Below are positions 25,463 to 40,468 of a stretch of DNA of 64,000 nt, one piece after another. This DNA is from Octopus vulgaris (lineage: Eukaryota). Positions within the stretch are counted from its first letter, which is position 1. Every line of letters starts with the position of its first letter. The position numbers were made by a program, and so were the translations under genes. The notes below the pieces were generated by a model, which was not told the origin of the DNA, made no database searches, and saw nothing but the letters and a program-made list of their open reading frames with translations. Location: assembly GCA_951406725.2 (NCBI GenBank), contig OX597825.1:11284001-11348000 (forward strand), in the 5' to 3' direction.

Positions 25463-25685
25463 GAGGTGGCGAGCTGTCAAAATCATTAGCACGCCGGACA
25501 AAAAGTACTTAGTGGCACGTCGTCCGTCTTTTCGTTCTGAGTTCAAGTTTCGCCGAGATCGACTTTGTCTTTCATCCCTTCCGGGGTTGATAAAATAAAT
25601 ACCAGTTCAACACTGGGGTCAATGTAATAGATTTGCCACCGCCCCCGAAATTGCTAGCCTCTGCCAAAATATGAAATTAATATTA
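25463..25685 (+). mobile_element. Family A SINE
   Basis: Matches the family consensus. Confidence 0.85.
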
Positions 25686-26384
25686 CATGTGTCTATGGAA
25701 TGGTTACTCATTTTACACGTTAATCTTCTGAGTAGGAAGTTAGTTGATGAAACAACCGCATGCTCATCGTCGCGACCGACGGAGAATCGATCTCATCAAA
25801 AATCATTTAAATCGTAGGAAATCGAAATCATTGTTGTTGCTCTAAAGAAATACTCAACATAAATTGTGAATCTTAATAACGTTAATAATAATAATTAAGA
25901 CAAGATTCTCTTGATTTATGAAATTAAAAAAAGAATTCGCTTTACTGTTTATGTTTTATGCCGTAGGCAACCCTGGATATTTTCCTCTAGTCATTCTTTT
26001 AAATTATAATGCCACGCAGTGTTCATACACGGATATCTATGGCTATTCTATGTCAATTCTAAGATTTGGTAATAACAGTCGGACTGTATTTCGACCAGGC
26101 GGTGTAATATGACCAAAATATATCCAAAGTTTTCACTGTAATGGAAAGGATCAACTGTTTTCTGTATTTAATGTTTTCTAATCCGTTAAAATTCAAGAGT
26201 TACTTCCCCGATCTTTTTTGGCCAGAGTTAGTAATTACAATGATATTTTTCTTGTGGCATTGGGTATAATTTTCAGTGAAGTTTGTTGGTGCTCTACAGC
26301 ATATATGTTAGTGATTTTCTCGCTTTATAATAATAGTATTAATAATAACAACAACAAAAATAATCCTAATATTTTTTCAGATTT

Positions 26385-26568
26385 TCTGGGGAGGGAGAAA
26401 GGCGATTACATTGACTCCAGTGCTCAATTCGTACTTATTTTATCAATCCCGAAAAGGTGAAATGCAAAGTCGACCTCGGCGGCAGAATTTCAACTGAGAA
26501 CGTAAAATCGGCCGATATGCCCCAAACATTTTGCCTGGCGTGCTAACGATAAGCCAAGCTCGCTGTCT
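26385..26568 (-). mobile_element. Family A SINE (diverged)
   Basis: Reverse complement of the consensus (gcaaagtcgacctcggcgg...ttgcctggcgtgctaacga). Confidence 0.75.
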
Positions 26569-27112
26569 TAATGATAATATTAATATTAATAATAGAAAGC
26601 ATGTGAAAGCTGGATATCTCCCATTTAATAATCTTAATATTGTGGTGATAGACCTAAAACGATTTGTTGAAAAAAATGATAGTTTTGTAATTATCCTTCC
26701 AGCAATCAACTTGGGTTTCATCCGTTGGTCATTAATAAAGTAGAATTGATATATCTATTTAGAAACGATCAATTATACAAAGATGGAAATTTGCGTTAAA
26801 ATAAGAGTTAGAAACGACATTAATAAAAAATGATTGTTTCTTACATAAATCACTTCTAAATTCAGGCTTTCACATTTCATAGTAATTCGTAACTTAAGAC
26901 TCTTTAGAGTTGGGTAGACGAAGGAAAAAATCTTCCGTCTTTCATGCAGATCCGTATATTACTGAGAATATTCGTAGAAGGCTGCAACTTATTCTTTGCA
27001 ATGAGTTGGATTTAGGCTTGTAGAATTTCATGTCTTTTCAAGGGGATCAACACAATATTTACCTGAGTAATGGTGAAGCATAAAAGAACAACAAAAAAAG
27101 GAACCTCTAGGT

Positions 27113-27351
27113 CAGTGTTTTCAACTGAGGTCCCTTTCCATAAAAGATTTTGTTGTTAGAATTATGAGTAATTAATTACTTATGCTTCTATAATACAACA
27201 AATATTTCAACATTAAAAAAAAAAATTCCTAGGGACATGTAATTATCAAACTATGATAAAATATTTTAAACATTGAATGGGTATGAAGGGTCCACCGGAT
27301 TAAAATAGGAATCAAAGCAGTTCATAGGTAAAAAATAGTTGAAAACCACTG
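27113..27351. mobile_element. hAT (Charlie/Buster-like) MITE
   Basis: TIRs cagtgtttttcaac / gttgaaaaccactg. Imperfect 8-bp TSD ctctaggt / ctctagag, resembling the nTCTAGAn target preference. Confidence 0.8.
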
Positions 27352-27497
27352 CTCTAGAGGGTCACAAATCTGCTCCAAACAGCAAACAGAGGGGTTTGAG
27401 ACGTTTTGTTGGCCCTCATTCTCAGTTATTTGACATTAGGCATTTTAACGTTTGTCTCGTTCTCCTCCCCGCGCTCTCATTTTATGTGTGTGAGCAT

Positions 27498-27936
27498 CTC
27501 TTTTACTCTTTTACTTGTTTCAGTCATTTGACTGCGGCCATGCTGGAGCACCGCCTTTAGACGAGCAAATCGACCCCAGGACTTATTCTTTGTAAGCCCA
27601 GTACTTATTCAATCGGTCTCTTTTTGCCGAACCGCTAGGTTACGGGGACATAAACACACCAGCATCGATTGTCAAGCTATGTTGCGGGGCGGGGTGGAAC
27701 AAACACAGACACACAAACACACACACACATATACATATATATATATATTTATATATATATACATGTACATATATACATATATACAACGGGCTTCTTTCAG
27801 TTTCCGTCTACCAAATCCACCCATAAGGCTTCGGTTGGCCTGAGGCTATAGTAGAAGACACTCGCCCAAGGTGCCACGCAGTGGGACTGAACCCGGAACC
27901 ATGTGGTTGGTAAGCAAGCTACTTACCACACAGCCA
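27498..27936 (-). mobile_element. tRNA-derived SINE, family D (CORE-like box, internal microsatellite)
   Basis: Head tggctgtgtggtaag...ggttcagtccc, box gcaccttgggcgagtgtctt and tail aaagagtaaaagag. Fragments also at ~13766, ~14650-14768, ~23080, 29066-29218 and ~33180-33325. Confidence 0.85.
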
Positions 27937-27945
27937 CTTGCACAT

Positions 27946-27987
<42 letters not shown>

Positions 27988-28727
27988 ACACACACACTCT
28001 CTGTATATGTATATTTTTCCTCTCACGCATGTGGTTGTTTGCTTCCAGCCCCTAAAGGTACCGTTGCCAAAATAGGTTGAACATTCAAGCAGCCATGCCA
28101 AATAGTCCGTGCCCAGACACCTAATCGTATTTAAACATTTAAATTTTCCCACCTCAATGGTGAAAATAAAAGAGTGATATAGATGCTAACTTTATTTTGT
28201 TTTTTTCATTAACAAAGAAGCGGAGGAACAAGGGTTCTTTTGATCCGAAATTAAAAAAAAAAAGGTCACAAACTGTAAGCAAGTATGCTAAAATGTCATG
28301 TATTCAATAATTTCGCTTCCATTTACAATCGGACGTATCACATGTTTTAAAATTAAACGTGGAACTGGATTTGATTAATTTAGCTTCAAACAGGAACAAA
28401 TGAAATAGAGAAGAATGAGAACTGACATCGTGGAATATTTTATTAACCTAATCTGCCAAGGAACAAAACAAAGCAAACAAAAAAACAAAACAAAAAAAAA
28501 CAAGAAAAAGAAAGCGAAAGAGTAGAAGACTAAACTTTAAAAAAATTAAACTAGGGAAATTAATCTTATTTAATTGATTTTGATACGGCTTTCAAATAAT
28601 TATTATATTTTAATTTCTAAATCAAATTTTAATCGAATGTACTTTTAAACGAGCGACACTTTTACACAGTCACATGATCAAAGTCTGAATATGAGCAGAA
28701 AACCTATTTGTCAATCTGTCTGTCAGT

Positions 28728-28762
<35 letters not shown>

Positions 28763-29065
28763 CACACGCACACACAGAGACACAGATACACGCATACAAA
28801 CGCATACAAACACGTAAAAAGACGTTCATATCCACACACACACACTCACCAATTATAGAAGACTATTATAAGGACAGTGGTTATTAGAGAAAACAGCATT
28901 AAAGGAAAATCTGCTCGTGCAATTCTTGTAGAGATTATCATGTCTTCAGATGCTGAACTTGTAATTGAATCTGTGATAAAACATTGTTCTGTTGATTTGT
29001 TTGTGGGATTTTAGTTGTGAAGGGCTAAAATGATGGGTAATATATACACTTATATATACATGCCC

Positions 29066-29215
29066 AGGGGTGCCTGTGTGGTAAGAAGTTTGCTTTCCAG
29101 CCTCATGGTTCCGGGTTCAGTCTCACGCACTGTGGGCAAGTGTCTTCTACTTTAGCCTCAGGTTGACCAAAGCCTGCTGAGTGGATTTCGTAGTTGGAAA
29201 CTAAAAGAAGCCCGT

Positions 29216-29255
<40 letters not shown>

Positions 29256-29403
29256 CCAACCCCTCAGTAAGATAGAAGTCGACTTTGCCTTTCGTCCTTT
29301 CGAGGTCGATAAATTAGGTACCAGTTGCGTACTGGGGTCGATCTAATCGATTGGCCCTTTTCCCCACCAAATTTTGGACTTTGTGCTTAGAATAGAAAAC
29401 AAT
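29066..29403 (+). mobile_element. Family D SINE 5' part, (TG)n, then family A SINE 3' part
   Basis: Homology to 27785-27936 and to the family A consensus. Confidence 0.75.
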
Positions 29404-29777
29404 ATAGCGTCCAATGGCGAATTCCTGTAGCTCCTTGCTACGTGTCTTAGCGACTTAACGAGTTTATGCGGTTATAGTGTATAGTGATAGTAAGCCCGTG
29501 GTAATACACGTTCGAGTTGCCATTGAACCATTTCCCATTACACTTTGTACTGGGAAGGTTGTGATGATCAGTAGCTTGGAGACCAATAGGCGCCTTCAAA
29601 TTAACACCATGTTTCTCATGGTGGATGGCCTCATCAGGAGATCATGTGAGACTCTAAAAGGGGAGGTATAAATTGCTATATTTAATAAAAAATTAATATG
29701 GTTTTAAACATTTAAATTTTTCCAAAGATTGATAAGGATGCTAACTCTATTTTGTCTTTTCATTAGTAAAGAAGTGG

Positions 29778-30000
29778 AAGGCCGCGAGATGGCAGAATCG
29801 TTAGCGCATCAACCAAAATACTTAACTGCGTTTCTTTCGTTTCTTTTTGTTCTAAGTTCAAACCATACCGAGGTCATTTTTGCCTTTCATCCATTCGGGC
29901 TTGATAAAATGTACGTCAGTTGAGCATTGGGGGTCAAGGAAATCGACTAAAATTCCGCTCTTTAAAAATGTTGGTCCTGTACCAAAATTTGAAATTATTA
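29778..30000 (+). mobile_element. Family A SINE (diverged)
   Basis: Matches the family consensus. Confidence 0.75.
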
Positions 30001-30074
30001 ATAGAGAAGCGGAGTGCAAAAAGTTTTTAAAAAATCATGCGGCTTCTCAAGTTTCGAACCACTGGATTAACATA

Positions 30075-31638
30075 TGCTCTTGAAGACTATTTTTTGTGAT
30101 ATTCTATGTATTTTCCTTCATTTTTCTTCAGAGATACAACATATAAAGCACAGAGTGAAATATTTCCGCTACTGCAGTTTAAGATCCGGTTTCATAATAT
30201 ACTTGCAAGAGGCGGATGGGTTATTAAAGAAAACTAGTAAAGGTTTTGGAAACAAAAATATTAATGACACCCACTTTGAAAATTGTTCATCTACATTTTA
30301 CTCTACTACTTTTGATAATTTTCACTATAACTACATTCCTATTAAAATCATAAACAAGACGTTTGTTTAACGACGAAACTAGATTTTTGTGCATAAAATT
30401 CTGAAAACCATTTTTTGCAATGAATTTTTCTTGTCTTCTTTGCTTAGAATTTGAAGCTTCAGCTTTAGAAAATTAAGCCAATTACTATCCTACTGCTCAG
30501 GTTTTAAAAACAAATTTTCTAAAGAGAAACCATGAAGATAATAATCCTCTAAGACCAGAAAGAGATAACCATAGAATAAATTCTTTAAAAATATGCTCTG
30601 TATGTTAAACACAAACTAAGATTTTAACATGCATATACACAGTCATAGTATATTCTAGTTAGGTTTTGATTAGGTCCATGCAATACGTGAGCTATTTGTA
30701 TATACTTATATACATATGGTGACGAACGGGCAGAATGGTTAGGGCGGCAGATGGAATGTCTTGCATTATTTGTTTCGGTCCTCAAATCTCTGGTTTCAAT
30801 TCCAGCCGAGGTCATCTTTACTTTTTATCCTTTCGGTGTCGACAGAAAGTGTTTTACTCCGGCGGATCGTGAGAGGGGGATTGTTAGATGGACATGAGGG
30901 ATATTTTACGGTATCCAGTCTGGCTCTGAATTTTGAGGGCAACATTGGTGTATTCGTGCCAGTTTCTGTTGCCGTTTGCTTTTTACTTTGAATATAGATG
31001 GCATCGCGAGAGGAGACTTTGACGCGTAAGCATTTATTTGGTTTTCCATGGTTAACTATGTTCAAATGTGCACCTTTATGAGAAACTTACCTGGAGACAA
31101 ATATTACCTGAGTTCTCTCTCTCCTGTAGAAGAGAGAATTCAAATAACAGCACCTTTTCTCCGAAGATATCCTGAAGAAGGTGTCTTAACCCTGAAATCT
31201 CCAACAACTCTAAAAGGGAGAAACACCACATTGGATAATGTGAACCTAGATGATTTCCGAATGAAAAAGATAACGGTGATTATGACCAAGTTTGTTTGAT
31301 CAAAACTGATCCACGGTTCAATAACAAAATCGACGACGATATATGAAAACCAATGAACATTTTTATGAAACTTAACTTATGGTATTTATTGTAGTGATTC
31401 ATCTGATATTTGGCATGTTACTTGTGATCAATTTTCAAAGTGGGTGTCATTAATATTTTTTGTTTCCAACATCTTTACTAGTTCTCTTTCATAACCCATC
31501 CGCCTCTTGCAAGTACATTATGAAACTGGATCTTAAACTGCAGTAGCGGAAATATTTGACTCTGCTTTATATGTTGTATCTCTGAAGAAAAATGAAGGAA
31601 AATACATCGAATATCACAAAAAATAGTCTTCAAGAGCA
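30075..31638 (+). mobile_element. Decayed Tc1-like DNA transposon with ~215-bp terminal inverted repeats
   Basis: 30075-30289 is the reverse complement of ~31425-31638, with TA on both flanks. Faint Tc1-like residues inside (NLPGDKY...QITAP...KSP...DNV). Nested SINE fragment at 30718-30845. Confidence 0.8.
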
Positions 31639-31717
31639 TATGTGAAAGATAAAATGAAAGCACGCTTGCAAATACATGCATCTACAAATTCATACATTTA
31701 AAAAAGAATGAATGAAG

Positions 31718-31945
31718 TGGAAGCGTGTGGCTTAGTGGTTAGGGTATCAGCATCAGGATCGTAAGATTGTGGCTTCGATTCCTGGATCGGGCGACGCGTT
31801 GTGCTCTTGAGCAAAACACTTCATTTCACGATGCTCCAGTCCACTCAGCTGGCAAAACTGAGTAACGCTGCGATGGACTGGCGTCCCGTCCAGCTGGGGA
31901 ACACATACGCCATGAGCCTGGCTAGGCTTTAAAAGGGCGTATAAC
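31718..31945 (+). mobile_element. Family B SINE
   Basis: Near-identical to 19628-19890. Confidence 0.88.
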
Positions 31946-32254
31946 TTATTAATTAACATCAGAATGAAACGTGTCAACAAGTGATCGACTACGTGGTCGT
32001 TCAACCAGCAATAAATAGCAACCATATACCCCTCAAAACTTCACATCATCGTCTTAAAAAAGGGAGGGCACATTGGTTAGTATCGTTTACAGCTCAGTAA
32101 AGATGACGGCAATTTCAGACTTTGAATATAGGTCTGCTATATCAGGGTTGGTTCCAGGTGTGGTAGTTCTAAGCATTAAAGCAATACCAATGAAACAGAA
32201 AGAAAGTAGATTAGAGGGGTATGAATAAAAGCAAACGCATTCACCTCTGAAGTA

Positions 32255-32820
32255 TTGGGTTGTCCGGAAAGTTCGTGCCGATTTTTAAAGGCAAGACAAA
32301 GGTCAATAAATACTTGCCATTACATTTTTAATAAACCAAATATGAACCATTTTGTTGCACAATGCCTCTTCATCTTTCCTTTAACTTGAAAATACCCTCT
32401 TCCCAGAATTGAGGTGGTTTCGTAGCAAAGAATTCATCAAGGTATCTTTTTACGTCATCCAAGGAATTGAAATTTTTACCATTAAGACTATTCTGCAGAG
32501 AACTGAATAAGTGGAAATCCGAAGGAGCAATATCTGGTGAATATGGAGGGTGGGGTAACACATCCCTGCCGAGCTGCAGCAAGTTTTGTCTGGTTCCCAA
32601 AGCATCAAGTGCTGAAAATGAACTTTCTTATCTTCCATTTTAAAGCGTTACAGAATTAACACAGGTTATAGGAACATAAACCTTCTTCCACGAAAAGATA
32701 GCTTAAACTGTGCTCTAAGTGGAGGTGCAGTCAAATCCTATTTTATGGACTCAACCATGTTCTAAAATAAGTCTAAAGGTAAGATACTATAAATCAGCAC
32801 GAACTTTCTGGGCAACTTAA
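32255..32820 (-). mobile_element. Internally deleted mariner transposon
   Basis: TIRs ttgggttgtccggaaagttcgtgccgattt / aaatcagcacgaactttctgggcaacttaa and TA TSDs. Transposase C-terminus LPHPPYSPDIAPSDFHLF...F..GIFKLKER (ORF 32370-32600). Confidence 0.93.
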
Positions 32821-32884
32821 TAGAATAAGGGCATCAGGTACTGTCAACACTCTGAGTTCCTCATAACAAACAGAGAAGTTTTAT

Positions 32885-33070
32885 GGCGGCGAGCTGGCAG
32901 AATCATTATCACATTGGAGTAAATGCTTGGCAGTATTTCTTCTAGCTCTTTACATTCTGAGTTCAAATTCCGCTGAGGTGGACTTTGCCTTTCATCCGTT
33001 CAGTGTCAATAAAATAAGTACCAGTTGAGTACTGGGGTCGACGTAATCAACCTCCCCTCAAAATTACTGT
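32885..33070 (+). mobile_element. Family A SINE
   Basis: Matches the family consensus. Confidence 0.85.
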
Positions 33071-33997
33071 AAAAGTTAAAGATAAGATATATTTGTCCAC
33101 TGCTGGATGTGTCTGTCTTCATTCGTGAAGGTTTTTGGTTGTATCATTGATTTCTTTTTACTGCTGTAGTTGACCTCCACATGGCTTAACAACCGGTGTT
33201 GACTTGTTTACATCTCCGTGACTTAGCAGCTCGGCAAGAGACACCATCAGTATAAACCGATTTGTTAGACTGAACAATTGAATGCGGCACTGTTGAATGG
33301 TCGCAGTCCAATAACTGAAAAAAGAAAAAATAATTAAGAAAAGCTATATGATAAAAAAAAGACGAACGAAATTATCTGACGACCCAAGACATTCATCTTA
33401 AAGAAATTTTCCTCTACTTATCTCCCTTGAACGCAGACATCTCAAATTCAGCAAATGCTGTTTATAGGATAATGCTACTTACACGATACTCGTGTATTTG
33501 GTCAACTAGAACCAAACAGTGATACAGTGAGTATATTAGGTGACCTTTACAAAGTCGTTTAATCTGCAAAAAATAACTTAGGAATCTCCCTCAAATTACA
33601 CTTTACTTTTTTTGGAAAAGGAGCATTTTAGATATTGTATTCCTAGCTTCAGTTACTGGGCGATTGTCTTGCAAACTTATATGTTCAAAAGAAAATGTAA
33701 GGAATCCACGTAGAATATGAAAAAGAAGTGAAAACGTGACAGAATAAACGGAACAAGGACTGGCATATTTCAATACAGCATAGACACACGCATACACGCA
33801 CAGGAGAAACCTTCTCCTCCCCCATAACACACACACAATGATGTATCTGTATGGATGTGGCGGACTCGAGTTTTTTTTTTCGTCTTTAGTATATAAATGA
33901 TGTGCGTGATATTACAATAGGCAGAAAGAATTGCCGAAATAGAAAGAAACTAACTTCACAAAACAACACATAATCTTAACTGAAAGAGAAAGTGGCT

Positions 33998-34360
<363 letters not shown>

Positions 34361-36412
34361 ATGTCCATACCGATATCTATATCTATCTATAACAAAAATA
34401 CGATTGTGATCGACTCGTTACTTTGTATGGTTATAGTTGTTGGCAACGGCTGAAAACAATCTTGGATCTCTGTAGATGAATGGAATGACACAACACACAA
34501 CCTAGCCACCATTTTGTTCAAACAGCACGACCAATAAAGTTCCAAATAAAATATCATATGTATCAAGTTTTGTTGATTTACGTTCTGCGCTTGGTTTAGC
34601 TTTTCATTGCTCTGTGGTTGATAAAAGTGAACCAGTAATAATATACAGAGAATCTATCCAATTTAGTCAAACCATAGTCTTGTGTAATAAGGGTAACAAA
34701 ACAGGCATGGTAGTGCCATCAGCCGGGTTTATTCGAGATGTACGCAGAGCAATGAAACCACTCTTCACCCTTTTGTCCAATGCCCGAGCATTTACTGAGT
34801 TATGTCAAACACTGAGTCATGTCAAACACATACTGATACGTATAGAATGGATCTGGCTATCAGTTGAATCCATTGTAAAGATCATCTCGCTGCCTTCCTT
34901 TGGCAGAGAAGGAGAGGTTTGTCTTTATTCATCTGGCGGCATTTGTGAAAGAAGTTTTGTAGCAGACCAACTTTGCCTTAGTCCTCATCAACTTGGCTCT
35001 TTATACTCTAAATTTAAACCCTATCAAAGTCACTTGTGTTTTTGATGTCTCAGAGGTAGATAAAATAAAGTGTTAGTCTAGTACTGGGGTCGATGTCACC
35101 AACTGGTCTCCTCCTCGTAAAATCGCTTGCTTTGTACCTAAATTAGAAGCTGTTATTGATATATTTTTACCGTAAGCACATCTGCTTCACATACATTTCT
35201 TTTCAGGATTAAGTTTCCGTGATTTTTAAAATCAAAACTGGTTGATTTTTTTTGTAACAATTTGTTCAACAGCATTCGAGGAAAGTTAAACAGTATTGCT
35301 TATTGCTCACATTTTCGCTCAAATTTGGATGAAAATGGACACTGCGAACATTTTTTACTGAGCTGGCATTCAACACAAAATTTCTGCGAGAAATGCACTC
35401 AAGCAATCATACAAAGGCCTTGACACCGGCACAGAAAAATGCAGAAAGGAAAAAAGAGGAAATAGACAATAATATCGGAAAATATAACTCTAAACATCAT
35501 AAAAATGAATAATGATATATATCTAGTTTTTACTATGAATGAGAGCGATTTTGACAACTTGCACACACACACACACACACACAGCTTCGCAAATGTAGCG
35601 CCTAATAAGGAAGTCATATAGTCCTAGTTACTGATTTAATTAATTATTATATCATGTTGAATTCCTGAAAACTTTTTTAACGAGTTATCCAGCTTGGCTT
35701 TGCCCTTTTAAATAGATTTAAAGAAAATAAGCCATATACGAAAGCTGATTTGTAATTCACTTAGGATGTCATTCCATAAATGCGTTAATAAAGTTAGAGA
35801 TTGCCATAAGAGAATAGGGAATCTTTCTTGAAGATTCATTTTCTTACAGGTCTCGGGCTCGTTGTAAATAACGTATTTGATGGCATAAAGACGCACATGT
35901 ATTTCAGCAGTGCATACGCAGGTTAAGTGTGTTTTTTTATCGCCTTTAGTATGTAAATGATGTGCGTGTTTTTTAGTTAAATAGTTTTTACATGTATCAA
36001 TATTGCTTCCCTTACAAATAACATTTGATGTTTGATTCCAATACCTTGCTCTTCTGGAAGAAACGCCCTTGCGTTTTTTTTTTTTGCTGCCGAGACAGGA
36101 AAGAAACAATGGTATCTGTGACCTTTATTGATGTTGTTTTAGGGCCTCTAAGACTTGTAAAAGGGGAAGAAGGAATTATCTCTAAATCTGAGAATCGACT
36201 GTAAGGATGAATGCAATAAAAGTAATTCAAGTTCTTGGTGGCCTCTGTATGTGTGTGTGTGTGATTATGCATAATTCAGCCTAGTGTCTGAAAATTGGTT
36301 TGTAGGTAGATTTTAAACAGTTCTATGTAGAATTTGTTCTTAAAATAAATGGTTAAATCGTTATTGAACAAACGAAATACTCACCCACCGAAAAAGAGAA
36401 GCTAAAAAAATG

Positions 36413-36467
<55 letters not shown>

Positions 36468-36533
36468 TACATATCCATACATACCCAAATATACACGCAT
36501 ACACTCACGCACATATATATATATATATATACA

Positions 36534-36639
<106 letters not shown>

Positions 36640-36673
36640 AAATGAGAAAATGGAGAAATATACCTAAATCATG

Positions 36674-36715
<42 letters not shown>

Positions 36716-37383
36716 GAAACAAAGTTAACAAATAAGAAGTTAAAAATCTCGAAGACTGTATCTGTGAAAAGACTAGGGAAATAAGTAAAAGAAACAGAAA
36801 AAGTAAGAAAATAGTGAAAAAAAAAAAGAATGCTTCATTTCAGTTGGTGTAGAAAAATTTTAAACTTTCAGCAAAAAAGGAAAGAAAAAAAGCGAGCGAA
36901 AGAGAAAGTAAAAGTAAAAAAAATATATATATAAATAAAAAGGGAGGAAAAATTCTGAAGAACAGAAGAATTTGAAGTAACTAGGAAAGAAAAAAAGAAT
37001 GAAAAGCAAGGGGAGAAAACCCTCTCATATAGAAATAAAACATTGTAAAGAAGCGAGAGAAAGATTAGTTAGTAAAATAGATTATCTCGGAAGACAATTA
37101 TAGATAAAAACATGATTAGAAGAGTGAAATAAATTGGGCAAGAATAACCGTTTTCTTTTGATTGTTTTTCGCTGCACCAGTTGATATTGATTTCTTTAGA
37201 CAAGGTATTCTGCAAGCAAACATATGCATGCATACGCTTTATATATATACAGACATACAATCGTACATACATATACGTACATAGGAACACACATAGATGC
37301 ATACATGGATACAGATATACTTTGCTTATGCACGTTCATGTATGCATTTCATACAAACTTACCTACCTTCATTGCATACATAC

Positions 37384-37433
<50 letters not shown>

Positions 37434-37445
37434 TTATATTTATAT

Positions 37446-37486
<41 letters not shown>

Positions 37487-37609
37487 CAAACAGGCATAGG
37501 GACATACATACATGCGTACGTGCATACATACGTACATACATAGTACATATGCTTATGTTCAATTATGCGTTACAAACAAACTTGCCAGCATTCATTGCAT
37601 ATATTTATA

Positions 37610-37654
<45 letters not shown>

Positions 37655-37837
37655 GACACACATGCGCGCGAGCACATACATACACATGCGCATATGGGCA
37701 CATTTGCATATGGTTATACATTTATACATACATACACGCATATATACTTCGACGCATGTATTATGTATTTATGAATGTGCGTGTGTATATATATATATAA
37801 ATAATATATAAATAATATATATATTAATATATATATA

Positions 37838-37885
<48 letters not shown>

Positions 37886-38150
37886 TATATATGGGTGTTT
37901 TGTATGGGAGTATATATTTCATAAAAATGCATTATGCAAACATCATACTCATATACAATTATGAGCATACATGCATGCGCACAGACATACACATGCATAT
38001 TCACGCGAAGAAAAAGCGTGCGCGCACATACACATACACACATACACACATACACACATACACGCAAGTTCATGTTAGAAGCAACGTTCTCATTGTATGA
38101 CGTACGAAGCACAGGCACAGTCAGCAATTTTTTGAAACCGTTAAAGGAAA

Positions 38151-38151
<1 letters not shown>

Positions 38152-38240
<89 letters not shown>
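38152..38240. repeat. (CTA)n microsatellite
   Basis: Direct inspection. Confidence 0.95.
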
Positions 38241-38516
38241 ATAGAAATGGCATTGTTTGTATTCAATGAATATTATGTTCAATAATAAGGAATTTTACTA
38301 TAAAATACACCTGAGACATTCTTTTCGAAAAAAGGAAGGTAAAAGATTTTTACAGATGCTACAAGCATGAAGAAAGACGATAAAATGTGGGTTCTCTGTG
38401 TTATTGCTAGAAATAATAGCCAAATATCACTCAAGTGGCACTGTATCCTTATGAAATATTATTCCAAACTTACAGGGAAAAATTCAATTTAGAAATATTA
38501 AATCAAATTTCACAAA

Positions 38517-38563
<47 letters not shown>

Positions 38564-38710
38564 TAGAAAAAAACACCTTTTATGAATTCAATAATGAAAA
38601 ATTAAATCATACCATGTAGAAAGTTACATATTATAGAAAGATTAAATATAAGATAAAACATATAACGATGATTAAGTAATGTGCAAAATAATGAATAAAC
38701 GTATATATTT

Positions 38711-38747
<37 letters not shown>

Positions 38748-39411
38748 TTAGAGATAAAACCACTATTAGGCAAATCAAACAGTGAAAAACATAAACCAAT
38801 ACATAGAAATAAAATTAATTAATAAAATATACAAAATATATAAAATATAAAATTCAAAATTTAAATTATTTAAATTTAAAGTTAAAATTTAAAAGATTAT
38901 TTAAATTATACTATATATATACATATAGTCACTATGAGGATATTTAGACCTCTTATAGGAATATTTTTACCCAAGATACACTCGTTTAATTATATTGTAT
39001 TTTGAAGAGATATTTCTTCAATGAATATATTATATAAAATATGAAATATAAAATATTATTAAGTTTGAAAATGGAGAGATCTGATGGATAAAAATAATTT
39101 ATTAATTAACACCTTCCCCTACAATTATTTCATTCCGCATTTAATTGAAACTGCAAAACATATAGAAATATATAATCTTGCATTTCAGAAATACTTTAGA
39201 TGGAAAATCATGAGGGCAAGAAAAAGGGCAAAAGAAGGATTATATTATGATCGGTTGGATCCAATATACTAAGAATATATAAGAATATATAAGCGTGTTT
39301 ATTACGAGTGTAAGTGTATGTGTGCGCGCACGCATGCGTTAGAATTATTGCTTCAGTTTTTAATTCAATAATAATAATAACAATAATAATAATAATAATA
39401 ATATTAAAAAT

Positions 39412-39468
<57 letters not shown>

Positions 39469-40109
39469 CATGAATAATGAGTTACAGCATATAAGAGTAA
39501 AAACACATAATGAATTAAAATACAAGTGAAATAAAAGTTATGCTCGTGTATGTATACGAGTATGCGTATATATATGTGTATATATATGCACACACACATA
39601 TACCCATATATACATACATATATACGTACATATATACATACACGTATATATATATATATATGCACATTATATATATATATCTATAAAATAATACAATTAT
39701 TCAATAGTCAAGATAATACTCGGATGCCGAACGGAAATCCACAACACATTCTCTTCATTTATATCTACACACATATATATATATTTTGTAGTTCATATTT
39801 ACCCATGTGTACACAGAGCAACGTGAAATGAAGCATTTTGATTAAGAGCACAACGCACTACCCGGTTCAGGAATTGATCATGAATTCAACACCTTAACCA
39901 CTTGGCCACTCCGTCTGTCTCTCTGTCTCTCTGATGTGTGTATGTATATACACAAGGTACAAGAAACTTATATACACACTATTCTGCTTAAATAATAGAA
40001 CTGCAGATATAATATCTTTACGTATCTCACGTCTGTTTTCATCCCTCCACTTCACTCTGTATTTCATATCTTCTCTATAATAACTATTACTTGACCATTT
40101 TCTCGCACC

Positions 40110-40157
40110 GTCTCTGATGAAGGGATATATAAAATATTCCGGAAACAGCAGTAAGAC
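40110..40157 (+). ncRNA. Minimal type I hammerhead ribozyme-like motif, intact core
   Basis: gtct CUGAUGA a gggatat-ataaa-atattcc g GAAA cagca GUA agac. Confidence 0.7.
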
Positions 40158-40207
40158 ATTCTCTTTATAAATTATTCACACCCTTATATTTTTAAAAATC
40201 TTATTCT

Positions 40208-40247
<40 letters not shown>

Positions 40248-40430
40248 AAAAGGTTGCAAGAGACAACGAAAATTTTAGGAAAATAAGAATAGGAAATAAG
40301 TGGAAATTTTACCGGTGAGTGTGTGTTACATCAGAAGACACAAAAAGAGAATGACTCTCCCCAGACACAACAGAATATGCTTCAACACACGAACTCATAT
40401 AAAGAATCTTGCAAACCAAATCCCGAAACG

Positions 40431-40468
<38 letters not shown>

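Noticed and set aside
32370-32600. Possible SETMAR-like gene
   Set aside because: Only a transposase C-terminal fragment inside a 566-bp deleted mariner; no SET domain.
34614-35045. 143-aa non-repetitive ORF
   Set aside because: Non-ATG start, no recognisable motif, and the 3' end runs into a degenerate SINE.
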